From positions 106,084,001-106,148,000 of the forward strand of contig NC_086107.1 in NCBI RefSeq assembly GCF_963921235.1: a DNA stretch of 64,000 nt. The letters are read 5' to 3'. The notes under the pieces were generated by a model. That model did no database searches and was not told where the DNA came from. It was given only the letters and a program-made list of their open reading frames with translations. The stretch is from Mobula hypostoma. Its lineage: Eukaryota. Positions 48,640-60,704 of this stretch are shown here, piece by piece (the first letter of the stretch is position 1; each line of letters begins with the position of its first letter). A program made the translations under genes and the position numbers.

Positions 48640-51600
48640 TCAATCTTGACTGACAAGCTACAGAACCTGGGCCTTTGTACCTCCCTCTGCAATTGGATCC
48701 TTGCCTTCCTAACCGGAAGACCACAATCTGTGCAGATTGGTGATAAAACCTCCTCCTCTCTGATGATCAAGACTGGTGCACCTCAGGGGTGTGTGCTTAG
48801 CCCACTGCTCTACTCTCTCTACACCCATGACTGTGTGGCTACGCATAGCTCGAATACCATCTATAAATTTGCTGATGCTACAACCATTGTTGGTAGAATC
48901 TCAGATGGAGATGAGAGGGCGTACAGGAATGTGATATGCCAACTCGTGGAGTAGTGTCGCAGCAACAACCTGGCACTCAACATCAGTAGGATGATTGTGG
49001 ACTTCAGGAAGGGTAAGTCAAAGGAACACATACCAATCCTCATAGAAGGATCAGAAATGGAGAGAGTGAACAGTTTCAAGTTCCTGGGTGTTAAGATCTC
49101 TGAGGACCTAACTTGGTCTGAACATATCGATGCAGCTATAAAGAAGGCAAGACAGCGACAAAATTTCATTAGGAGTTTGAAGAGATTTGGTATGTCTTTC
49201 TTTTTTAATCTTTTTATTCGTTTTCAAGTTCATAAACATAGTAACAATAGTGACATAGAGAGATTGGAATTACATTATTGATAATAAACATATACAAGAG
49301 AAACCACAAATAGTATAAGTGTAACAAACTTCCAAACTCTTGATGTAATTAATTATGAAGAGAAAAAAAATAAAAATAAAAAAAAATCACAAAGAAAACC
49401 CCCCCAAAAAAGCAAAAAAAAACCAAACAGAACTAAACAGGGCTGAACCAATATATTAGATTGAATACATTCATTAACGTTGTAAACTCCCTCCTCTATT
49501 CATATATTCTAAGTTAATAAGAAGAATTCGGAAAAGGTCAAACTACATCATATGAAAATGTTGAATAAATGGCTTCCAAGTCTCTTCAAATTTAACCGAA
49601 GGATCAAAAATGACACCTCTGATTTTTTTCTAAGTTTAAACATGATATAGTTTGAGAAAACCATTGAAGTGTAGTGGGAGGATTGGTCTCTTTCCAATTC
49701 AATAAAATGGATCTTCTGGCCATTAATGTAACAAATTCAATCATAGGACAGGCTGAAGAGGATAAAGAGCTATGTTCTGTCACTGGCAAACCAAAAATTG
49801 CCGTGTAGGATGGGGTTGTAAATCGAAATGCAAAACTGTTGAAATGATATCAAAGATATCTGTCCAAACTTTTTCCAAGAGAGGGCAGGACCAGAACATA
49901 TGAGTCAAAGAGGCCACCTCAAAGTGACATCTGTCACAAATAGGGTTTATATGGGAGTAAAAACGAGCTAGTTTATCTTTAGACCTGTGGGCCCTATGCA
50001 CTACCTTAAATTGTATCAGCATATGTTTAGCACATATAGAGGAAGAGCTAACTAATTGAAAAATTTTCTCCCATTTCCCTGTAGGTAGGTAAAGTTGAAG
50101 TTCCCTTTCCCATACATTTTTAATTTTATCAGATATACCTGGCTGTGTTTTCATAATTATATCATAAATAGTTGTTATTGAACCCTTCTGATCAGGATTT
50201 AAGCCTAAAATTTTTTCCATGATATCAGTTGGGTATGAAATCAGAAATGTAGACAGCATGGTATTTAAGAAGTTTCTTATTTGTAATTATCTAACAAAAT
50301 GGAATCTGGGCAAGTTATATTTATTAGACAAAAGACATGAAACAATTATTCAAAAATAAGTCATGGAAACATTTTATACCCTTCATTTTCCATATCAAAA
50401 AGTCTTGATCCATAACAGAGGGTTGGAAAGAAAATAAGATATAATTGGGCATGATAATATAAATTTGTTCAAACCAAAAAATTTATGAAATTGGAACTAT
50501 ATTTATAATGCGTGTTTAATTATTGGATTAACCATTTGTTTATTCAATTTAGAAAACACAAAGGGCAGTGAAGATCCTAAAATAGAAACTAATGAAAACT
50601 CTTGTACAATTTTCAAAGTTTACCCATTGTGGACTTGGAATTATATCCCAATCTTGAGTCCAAAATATTAAATATTGAATATTAATTGCTCAGTAATAGA
50701 ATCTTAAATTCGGCAATGCTAAACCACCATCTTTCTTGGACTTCAGTAGATATTTTTTTCTTAACCTAGGATTTTTGTTCTGCCATATATAAGAGGAAAT
50801 TTTAGAATCAATAGTATCAAAAAAAGATTTAGGAATAAAAATTGCTACAGCTTGAAATAGATATAAAAATTTAGGTAGAATAATCATTTTAATAGCATTG
50901 ATTTGGCCAATCAGTGATAGAGACAGTGGGGACCATTTAGTAAGCAATTGTTTAACCTGACTAATTAATGGTAAAAAGTTGAGCTTGAATAAGTCCTTAT
51001 GCCTTTCAGCAATTTTAACCCCCAAATAAGTAAAATAGTCAGAGATTTGGTATGTCAACAAAAACTTTTATAGGCGTACTGTGCAGTGCATTCTGATAGG
51101 CTGCATCACTGTCTGGTAAGGGGGGGGGACGCGGCGCTACTCCACAGGACCGAAAGAAACTGCAGAGGGTTGTAAATTTAGTCGGCTCCATCTTAGGTAC
51201 GAGCCTACAAAGTACCCAGGACATCTTTAGGGAGCAGTGTCTCAGAAAGGCGGAGTCTCAGAAAGGCAGTGTCCATTATTAAAGACTTCCAGCACCCAGG
51301 ACATGCCCTTTTCTCACTGTTACCATCAGGTAGGAGATACAGAAGCCTGAAGGTACACACTCAGCGATTCAGGAACAGCTTCTTCCCCTCTGCCATCCGA
51401 TTCCTGAATGGATATTGAACCATGAATGCTACCTCACTTTTTAAATATATATTATTTCCGTTTTTGCATGATTTTTAATCTATTTAATGCACATATACTG
51501 TAATTGATTTACTTATTTATTTATTTTTACTTCTTTTCCCCTTCTGTATTAGGTATTTCATTGAACTACTGCTGCTAAGTTAACAAATTTCACAACACAT

Positions 51601-51640
51601 GCCGGTGATAATAAACCTGATTCTGATTCTGATTCTGACT
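48640..51640 (+). mobile_element. Rex1/Babar LINE split by an L1 insertion (48640-49196 and 51041-51640)
   Basis: Motifs [20 protein letters not shown] and KFADAT. The sequence resumes after the TSD and ends in a (TTCTGA)n tail. Confidence 0.9.
49197..51040 (-). mobile_element. L1-clade LINE, 5'-truncated ORF2 3' end
   Basis: Motifs FTYLGV, KMIILPKFLYLFQ, GGLALPNLRFYY and CDRC...HMFWSC. Perfect 16 bp TSD AGAGATTTGGTATGTC at 49181-49196 and 51041-51056. T-rich tail at the left end. Confidence 0.95.
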
Positions 51641-52009
51641 CTGTACCTCCTTCCTGACGGTAGCAATGAGAAGAAGGAATTTCCTGGGTGATGGGGGAGT
51701 TTTTTAAATGATTATCGCCAATTTGGGTGCAGACTCTCAAAAGGTTCACCACCACTGCCCTAGTTTGTAGGTGAGAGGTGGAATCCAGGGGAAGTTGATG
51801 GAAATCTGGGGAGAATTGAAAACAAAATGGAAAAAAGAAACTTGGGGGGGGGGCGCGGCCCAGTATTGCAGTGGTTAGTGCAATGCTTTACAGTGCCAGT
51901 AAACAAGGGTTCAATTCCCACTGCTGTCTGTGAGGAATTTGTACGCTCTCCTCATGACCGTGTAGATTTCCTCCATGTGCTCCAGTTTCCTCCCACATTC
52001 CAAAGGCAT

Positions 52010-53218
52010 ATAATCATATAACCATATAACAATTACAGCACGGAAACAGGTCATCTCGGCCCTCCTAGTCCGTGCCAAACTCTTACCCTATCCTAGTCCC
52101 ACCGACCTGCACTCAGCCCATAACCCTCCATTCCTTTCCTGTCCATATATCTATCCAATTTAACTTTAAACGACAACATCGAACCTGCCTCAACCACTTC
52201 TGCTGGAAGCTCGTTCCACACAGCTACCACTCTCTGAGTAAAGAAGTTCCCCCTCATGTTACCCCTAAACTTTTGTCCTCTAATTCTCAACCCATGTCCT
52301 CTTGTTTGAATCTTCCCCACTCTCAATGGAAAAAGTCTAACCACGTCAACTCTATCAATCCCCTTCATAATTTTAAACACCTCTATCAAGTCCCCCCTCA
52401 ACCTTCTACGCTCCAAAGAATAAAGGCCTAACTTGTTCAACCTTTCTCTGTAACTTAGGAGATGAAACCCAGGCAACATTTTAGTAAACCTCCTCTGTAC
52501 TCTCTCAATTTTATTAACATCTTTCCTATAATTCGGTGACCAGAACTGTACACAATACTCCAGATTTGGCCTTACCAATGCCTTATACAAATTCAACATT
52601 ACATCCCAACTCCTATACTCAATGCTCTGATTAATAAAGGCCAGCGAACCAAAAGCTTTCTTCACCACCCTATCCACATGAGATTCCATCTTCAGGGAAC
52701 TATACACCATTATTCCTAGATCCTTCTGTTCTACTGCATTCTTCAATGCCCTACCATTTACCATGTATGTCCTATTTTGATTAGTTCTACCAAAATGTAG
52801 CACCTCACCTTTTTCAGCATTAAACTCCATCTGCCATCTTTCAGCCCACTCTTCTAACTGTCCTAAATCTCTCTGCAAGTTTTGAAAACCTACCTCATCA
52901 TCCACAACGCCACCTATCTTAGTATCATCTGCATACTTACTAATCCAATTTACCACCCCATCATCCAGATCATTAATATATATTACAAACAACATTGGAC
53001 CCAGTACAGATCCCTCAGGCACACCGCGACACACTGTCCTCCAATCTGACACACAGTTATCCTCCACTACTCTCTGGCGTCTCCCATCTAGCCACTGCTG
53101 AATCCATTTTACTATTTCCATATTAATGCCTAATGATTGAACCTCCCTAACTAACCTTCCGTGTGGAACCTTGTCAAAGGCCTTGCTGAAGTCCATATAG
53201 ACACCATCCACCATTTTA
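52010..53218 (-). mobile_element. Young CR1 LINE, 5'-truncated, with an uninterrupted RT frame of about 370 aa
   Basis: VYMDFSKAFDKVPH, GVPEGSVLGP and KYADDTK, open through to the natural C-terminus. (ATATGGTT)-type tail. Confidence 0.95.
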
Positions 53219-53351
53219 CCCGCATACAGGTATAGTTTAGGGTTAGTGGGTTCTGGGCTTGCTTTGTTGGCACCAGAAGCATGGAATGCTTGCCGGCAGC
53301 CCCCAGTACATCCTTGGACCATGTTGGTTGTCGACTCAAATGACACATTTC

Positions 53352-54043
53352 TGGGGTGATATACTGCGTCCGGTGCTCCCGATGTGGCCTTTTATATATT
53401 GGTGAGACCCGACGCAGACTGGGAGACCGCTTTGCTGAACATCTACGCTCTGTCCGCCAGAGAAAGCAGGATCTCCCAGTGGCCACACATTTTAATTCCA
53501 CATCCCATTCCCATTCTGACATGTCTATCCACGGCCTCCTCTACTGTAAAGATGAAGCCACACTCAGGTTGGAGGAACAACACCTTATATTCCGTCTGGG
53601 TAGCCTCCAACCTGATGGCATGAACATCGACTTCTCTAACTTCCGCTAGGCCCCACCTCCCCCTCGTACCCCATCTGTTACTCTTTTTAATGCACACATT
53701 CTTTCTCTCACTCTCCTTTTTCTCCCTCTGTCCCTCTGAATATACCTCTTGCCCATCCTCTGGGTCACCCCCCCCCCCGTCTTTCTTCCCGGACCTCCTG
53801 TCCCATGATCCTCTCGTATCCCCTTCTGCCTATCACCTGTCCAGCTCTCGGCTCTATCCCTCCCCCTCCTGTCTTCTCCTATCATTTTGCATCTCCCTCT
53901 CCCCCTCCAGCTTTCAAATCCCTTACTCACTCTTCCTTCAGTTAGTCCTGACGAAGGGTCTCGGCCTGAAACGTCGACTGCGCCTCTTCCTATAGATGCT
54001 GCCTGGCCTGCTGCGTTCACCAGCAACTTTGATGTATGTTGCT
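53352..54043 (+). mobile_element. Penelope-like element 3' end with an intact GIY-YIG endonuclease domain (53356-53649) and terminal repeat
   Basis: IYCVRCSRCGLLYIGETRRRLGDRFAEH...HF...E...N. 11 bp TSD TGACACATTTC at 53341-53351 and 54044-54054. Confidence 0.93.
53944..53979 (+). ncRNA. Minimal type I hammerhead ribozyme, best-preserved copy
   Basis: AGTC-CTGACGA-AGGGTCTCGGCCT-GAAA-CGTC-GACT. Stem I AGTC/GACT. Predicted cleavage after C53975. Confidence 0.75.
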
Positions 54044-55597
54044 TGACACATTTCACTGTATGTTTCAGTATTTCAAAGTACCTGTGACAAATAAAGCTAA
54101 CATTTAATCGTCAATGCAGGATTAATGTAAACAGGTAGTTAATGGTAGGTCCAGACTTGGTGGGCTGAAAGGCCTATTTTCACGTTGTAATCCTTTCTGG
54201 CTCTATGGTTTAAGCCAGGTGTTCCCAACCTGGAGTCCGCAGGCACCTTGGTTTATGGTAGGGGCCCATGGCATGAAAAAAGTTGGGAAACCCTCCAGTT
54301 TGTTGGTGTTTTCTTGCTTCTGGCTGATTGACAGGTGGGTGATCTGTTAATTTTTTGTGTGTGGGGGGTGCATTTTTAACGCTGTTGTCGCTGTTCTTTT
54401 CTGTGGGTGAGGGGGTTGAGAGTTGCCATTGGTCACTTTTTTTCTGTGGGTAGGGGTAGGGGATTTGTTGCTATTATCACTGTTTTTTTTTCACGAGGAC
54501 GATGTGAGGGATTTTGGAGCTTGTGAGTTTTGTTTCTTTTTCTTTTTCATGCTGGGGAGGGAGATGTTAATGTCTTTTCTTTCAACAACTCCCATGTACT
54601 TTCTGTATTCATGGCTATCTGGAGAAGACGAATATCAGAGTTGTATTGTACTTGCATACTTCGACAATAAAATGACCTTTTGAACCTTTGAACCTTTGAA
54701 GTGTTAAGAAGCTTGCAGATTAATTTTAAATTAAGCAAGATTAAAACCACTATCCTCACTGGCAGAATAGTTGATCCTATTTAGCTGCAAGGATTTGAAT
54801 TTAATCCTAACAACAGTCTGGAAACAGAGGACAAAGACCTGCTGAGTACAATGTACCACACCTGCTTGCTAATTGTATCTTTAGGCTTGGAAACTATTAA
54901 CAAAAAGCCACAGCTATGGCAAAGAGACAGCCTTGCCATTCAGAAAAAGAAATTTAGAGCTCTCAGATGGACAGTCCTTCCAGCTGACGTAAAATAATTG
55001 TAAATGCATAGCAAAGAATCAATAAATTGTTACACAAACCAAATGGATAAAGAATTGGTAAGCAGGAACAGGAAATGAAAGGGAGGCAAGGATTATGTTG
55101 TTTTAGAAGAAAAGGGATCATCAGATTATCAACAGTTCAGATATATTGAGACCCTTCCAGAGAATGCTATCTACTGGAAGATTTATGGGATTTGCAGAAG
55201 ATTTACAAGTAGGTAGAGTGCAATATAGCAAAGTTAATATATAGCTTCTCTAGCCATATAACGGAGTATATTCTGACCTACAAAAAAGTGGTGGTACGAC
55301 CCAGTCCATCACAGGCAAAGTCTTCCTTACCTCCACCATCCAGACCACACTGTCTTTTTGCTGTTGCCATCGGAAAGGAGGTAGAAGAGCCTCAGGTCCC
55401 AAGCCATTAGATTCAGGAACAGTTATTACCCTCCAACCATCAGGCTCCTGAACCAGCGTGGATAACTTCACTCACCTCAACACTGAACTGACTCCACAGC
55501 CACTTTCAAGGACGCTACAACTCATGCACTCAGTATTAATTAATTAATTTTATTTATCTATCTATGTATCTGTTTATTATTTATTTATTTATCTATT

Positions 55598-55893
55598 GCG
55601 GGCACGTGGCCAAGTGGTTAGGGCATTAGACTAGCGACCTGAAGGTCGTGAGTTCGAGCCCCAGCCGAGGGAACGTGTTGTGTCCTTGAGCAAGGCACTT
55701 ACTCACACGTTGCTCTGCGACGACACTGGTGCCAAACTGTATGGGTCCTAATGCCCTTCCCTTGGACAACATTGGTGTCGTGGAGAGGGGAGACTTGCAG
55801 CATGGGCAACTGCTGGTCTTCCATACAACCTTGCCCAGGCCTGCGCCCTGGAGAGTGAAGATCCATGGTCTCGCAAGACTAATGGGTGCCTTA
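55598..55893 (+). mobile_element. tRNA-head bipartite RTE SINE, family A, copy 4
   Basis: 11 bp TSD ATTTATCTATT at 55587-55597 and 55894-55904. Confidence 0.9.
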
Positions 55894-56624
55894 ATTTATC
55901 TATTATTGTTGTTTTTTTATTTTTTCTCAGCTCAAGCGGTAAAACCTGAGCTACGGGCATAGCCAAGTACACTCATTTCTCAATTGCCAGGAACTTTCAG
56001 ACTATTCTAGTGGTGTTTAGTATTGAGGCTTTCTGGAGATTTACATAAATATTGCTGTGTAGCCCTAATTGTCTAATGGTATTGTGTAGTGCCTTTGGGT
56101 GATACCAGTTGTAGATATTACTGTTGGGTAATTATTATTCCATTTATTATATTATTATTATTTTATTTTTCTCTTCTTTTGCACATTGGTTGGTTGTCAG
56201 TTTTTGAGTGTAGTTTTCATTTATTATTTTGTATTTCCCTGTTCTATTGCGAATGCCTGCAAGAAAATGAATCTCACGGTGTTACGAGCACCATAGTACG
56301 CAGTGGTTAGCACAATATTATTACAGCTTGGGGCGCCAGATTTTGGATTTCAATCACTATGTCTCTGTAAGGAGTTTGTACGTCTTCTCGACAGAATGCA
56401 TGCTCCAGTTTCCTCCCACAGATCAAAGACGTACGAGTAGGTTAATTGGTTATTGTAAATTGTCCTCCAAAGTGCTGTCAAAGGGTTTTGGCCCAGAACA
56501 CCAACTATACTCTTTTCCATAGACGCTGCCTGGCCTGCTGAGTTCCTCCAGCATTTTGTGTGTGTTGCTCGGATTTCCAGCATCTGCAGATTTTCCCTTG
56601 TTTGTGGTTGTAATTGTCCTGTGA

Positions 56625-56911
56625 CTTTTTAAAATTAATTAATTGCCTGTTACACCACTGGCATTTAGGGAAGCAATGAAGCTGCTCCATCTTCGTCTGT
56701 CCTTGGCCACGTGTCAGACCTGAGCTGAACTCCCAAACCTGGAGGTCTGGTGGACCACTCTTAGTCAGTCCTCTACCTCTTGACCTGTTTAGCTTGGGTG
56801 AACCCTACCAAGAACCAAAGCATAAACCCTGACTCTAGCCAACACAGCTCTCTGGGTCACTGAGGCACACAAGCCTCCAAACCTATGACAAGGCTGCGCT
56901 CTTCCTGGAAG
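56625..56911 (-). mobile_element. Non-autonomous bipartite RTE-type element nested in a V-SINE
   Basis: TSD TGTCCTGTGA at 56615-56624 and 56912-56921. Expander-like 5' UTR on the minus strand and an RTE-like 3' tip. Confidence 0.7.
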
Positions 56912-58159
56912 TGTCCTGTGATTAGGTTAGGGTTAAATTGGGTTTGACAGAGGTTGCTGGGGCGGAAGGGCTTACTCCACACTAAATATCTCTAAATAAA
57001 TAAATGTTGTGACATATACACATTTTAATAATACATTTACTTTGAACTTTGAGCTGTTGAATAATGCAGGTTTACAACAAGGTTAAGGGAACAGAAAATC
57101 TATCCAAGACATTCATTGCAAAAATTCAAACACAAAAAGTCTCCAAAACGTTACGATAAAGTAAGCAGATATATACATGTTGCAAAACAACAGATGATAT
57201 GACCAAAACCAAAGTGAGTAAGAATATCACTGAAGAAAATCAGAAATGGACAAATAGTGGGGAGAAGAGCTGAGCAACACTAACTCCAGCTTAGTAGTTA
57301 AGCAGGTACAGAAGATTTGGAAGTTAGAGGTCAAAATAGCCAGCTATTTGTCACAAAAATCACTCAATGTTAGGATCATGAAACCAGAGGGAGATACTGC
57401 ACAGAAAAGGGTATTTCTGCTGACTGGGTCTGCACCAACCAGCAAGTACCTTCAAAGTTCAAAGTAAATTTATTATCAAAGTATACGTCACCATATACAA
57501 CCCTGAGGTTCATTTTCTTGAGGGCATTCACAGTTAATACAAAGAAACACAACAGAATCAATGAAAATCTGCACACAAAGATGGACAAACAACCAATATG
57601 CAAAAGACAACAAATAGTGCAAGCACATAAAAGAAATTGAGAAAAATAACAACAATAAATAAATAAATAATAAGTGTTGAGAACATTGGTTGTAGAGACC
57701 CTGTCAGTGAGTCCATGAGTTGTGAAATCAGTTCAGTGTTGTGGAGAGTGACGTTATCCACCCTGGTTCAGAAGGCTGATGGTTGAAGGGTAATAACTGT
57801 TCCTGAACCTGATGGTGAGGGACTTTAGGCTCCTGTATCTCCTTTTCAATGACAGAAGTGAGAATAATGCATGGCCTGGGGGGTGGGCGTCCTTGATGAT
57901 AGCACTCCTCGTAGATGGGCTCAATGGTGGCAGGGCTTTATCCACGATGGACTGGGCTGTATCCACTACTTTTTGTATGGTGTTCGTACACTAATCCAAC
58001 ACTAATGCAAATAATTTCTGATACCTTTTCTCATACATTTTCGAAGGAGACCGTTCTGCCCATTGAGCCTATGTTGACTCTCCCTTATTTCCCTGTAACC
58101 GATCACCTCACCAACCCAGCAACGTTACTGTTGAATCTGCTACTAATTCACTACCGCTT

Positions 58160-58740
58160 GGTTCCTTAAGGCTGTACAGTCGTGTGGAGGTACTGGGGAC
58201 AAGCTCACACTGCTTATTAAATGCTTGCAACATCGGGCGTCTCCAACAGTCTCTGACAACCAAGTCCAGCTCCTGGCCTTCACGTGTGGCTTAGCTACTA
58301 AGCCTGGCTGAACTGTTTCCGCTGACAAGAGAAGGGGCAAAGGTAGGTTTCTGGTGCCTTAAAACCAGTCATTTTGGGCAGATGGGGTTCATCAGACGTG
58401 GTTGGCAGCTCATCTAGGAAAAGGGAAGCTCTGATCTTAAACCTTCGCTGCCTTGTGGCTATACTCACTCATTGGGGAAGGCTTTGGGAGTAAACCCCAA
58501 GGAAAAGTCCAGAGCTGAAGTCCCTAAGTCAGTCCTACGTTGAGTTCAATGTTGACTGGCAACTACTGCGATGGCACTGGTGCCAAACTGTATCGGTCTC
58601 TGCCATTCAGCTGGATGGAGAGGGGGAACCTGCAGAATGGGCAACAGATTGCTCTCCGTATCCTACCACCCTGGCTTGAGTATCACGTACACAGCTAGGA
58701 TGCAATATCAATGGTCAAACCTGACAACGGAGGCCCTCAA
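58160..58740 (+). mobile_element. Non-autonomous bipartite RTE derivative, same family as 10250-10872
   Basis: Colinear with the RTE 5' UTR 4080-4570. Ends ATGGTCAAACCTGACAACGGAGGCC. Confidence 0.85.
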
Positions 58741-58809
58741 ACTCTAATTTACCAAAACCCATTAACCTATCAACCTGCACATCATTGGGATGTAGGAGAG
58801 GATAGGACC

Positions 58810-59215
58810 TGTTGTAACGTGAACAAAGTCACTGGAGAGAAGTAACTGGTAGATATGGAGCAGTCTTTTATTCAACAAAATGAGACACAGCAGGCAACAT
58901 ATTGGGATTCTTTCGGAGAAAGAGGTCTGCTCGACCCAAGACTACATGATATTTTATATGCTGAAGATCAAAGGACAATTCCATATTTATAATGTATCTA
59001 CAACGCTTCCTTTGAACCACACATAACTCTCACACCTTCCCTCTTTGCACCCACACTCCAGACAATGTTAATCAGCATTGTCTGGTCCTGTAATCAACTG
59101 CTGTTTTCTCGGCTCTAGGACCCATTGTTCAGAGCTGCATTTAAATTTATTCTACTGTCCATATTCAGATCTGAAGATAGTTGCTATATTTCCTAACCCC
59201 AAAAATGCCCTAACA
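58810..59215 (-). mobile_element. Solo LTR (406 bp) inserted in a SINE
   Basis: TGTT...AACA termini, AATAAAA on the minus strand near its 3' end, TSD GGACC/GGAGC. Confidence 0.75.
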
Positions 59216-60073
59216 GGAGCGCCCAAAGGAATCCCACACAATCACAGGCAAACTCTGTACTAACACACTACAGATCAGGATTGTCTGCGGTCACTGGAGC
59301 TATGAGGCACCAGCAAAAATTATAGTTCAATTATGATAATTGTTAAATAAACATCTTTAGAAATCTCTTGAGAAACAAGGATCATTGTAAGGTTTCAGGA
59401 AATACTAGACTGAAGCATTTATGTATTAACATAAATTTGTTATTTTATATTATTGGTTTAATGGGGCAGACAGATGTCAAAAATAGTAATAATTTCATTT
59501 TAAAAGGTTTATGACTAGTGCCAAACTTCCTGTTTCCCAAGCCTTAATCCTAACAAAAAAAGATTTCTCGATGTGGTTTGGAATCAGTTGAAAGGCCCTT
59601 GAGTTATGTTTTTCCTTTCTAAGCAAGGGATGTGACCCATAATTTATCTGAAAGTCTAACCATTAATCCCTTACCAGTCAAGAATCTATCAATCTCTACT
59701 TTAAATACACCCAATGACACAGCCCTCCATGGCAATGAATTCCACAGATTCAACACCCTCTGGCTGAAGAAGTACATACTCATCTCAGTTCCAAAACCAT
59801 GTCTCTTTATTTTGAGGCTGTGCCTACCAGTGGAAATATCCTTTCTGCATTCAGTATGTCTTTCAGTATTTAGTAGGTTTCAATGAGATCCTTCTGAACT
59901 CCATCGAGCATAGACCCAGAGACATGAAATGTTTCTCATACGTACGTTAAACCTTTCATACTCATGATCATTCATGCAATGTCCTTTTGGACCCTCTCCA
60001 GGATGAGCAAAATGTTCCTTAGACAGGGGACTCAAAATAGCTCACAATATTCCAGCTCAATTCCCATTCCGGT

Positions 60074-60704
60074 GGGAGGAGAAGATGGTGGCGTGACGCA
60101 GTGCGCGAGCTCTCTGGTGAAATGATATCGTATTTGTAAGTAGGATGCCGTGCACAATTCTGATTTGATGGAGACAGACGTGAGAAGGTACAGAGGAACA
60201 TCTGGAGAAATTTCTGAAATGCCCGGCTCACTGCCACTGCTACTGTGCGATTGAGAATCTCCGGAGGGAAGGCCCCAAAATCCCCGGCTTTGTCTGCTGT
60301 GGGCGACCAAGGCTGGGGTCAAAGCGTTCGGCAGAGATGGTGCTCAGTACTCGGTGTCAGAGGGCTGATCGGAGCTCGAAAATTTTCAGACGACTCAGAG
60401 TCGGACTGTGGTCGGGCATGGCAGGGAGAGTTTTCTTCCTTCCCCCGTCTGCGTGAGATGTGGGACTTTCGAGAGACTTTGAACTTTTTTACTGTGCCCA
60501 TGGCCTGTTCTTCATCAAGTTATGGTATTGTTGCACTGTTGTAACTATATGTTATAATTATGTGGTTTTTGTTAGTTTTTCAGTCTTGGTCTGTCCTGTG
60601 TTTTGTGATATCACACCGGAGGAATATTGTATCATTTTTTAATGCATGCATTACTAAATGACAATAAAAGAGTCCTCATAATCTAATCCAATCTAACAAT
60701 CTAA
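60074..60704 (+). mobile_element. ~630 bp non-autonomous non-LTR element, copy 3
   Basis: Homologous to 17121-17790 and interrupts a CR1. Confidence 0.85.

Noticed and set aside
52093..53346. 417 aa ORF as a domesticated RT
   Set aside because: It is a 5'-truncated CR1 whose first ~45 codons come from the flanking SINE. The open frame reflects young age.
53356..53649. Standalone GIY-YIG nuclease gene
   Set aside because: It is the truncated 3' end of a Penelope element bounded by a TSD, and the start codon is a GTG at the truncation point.
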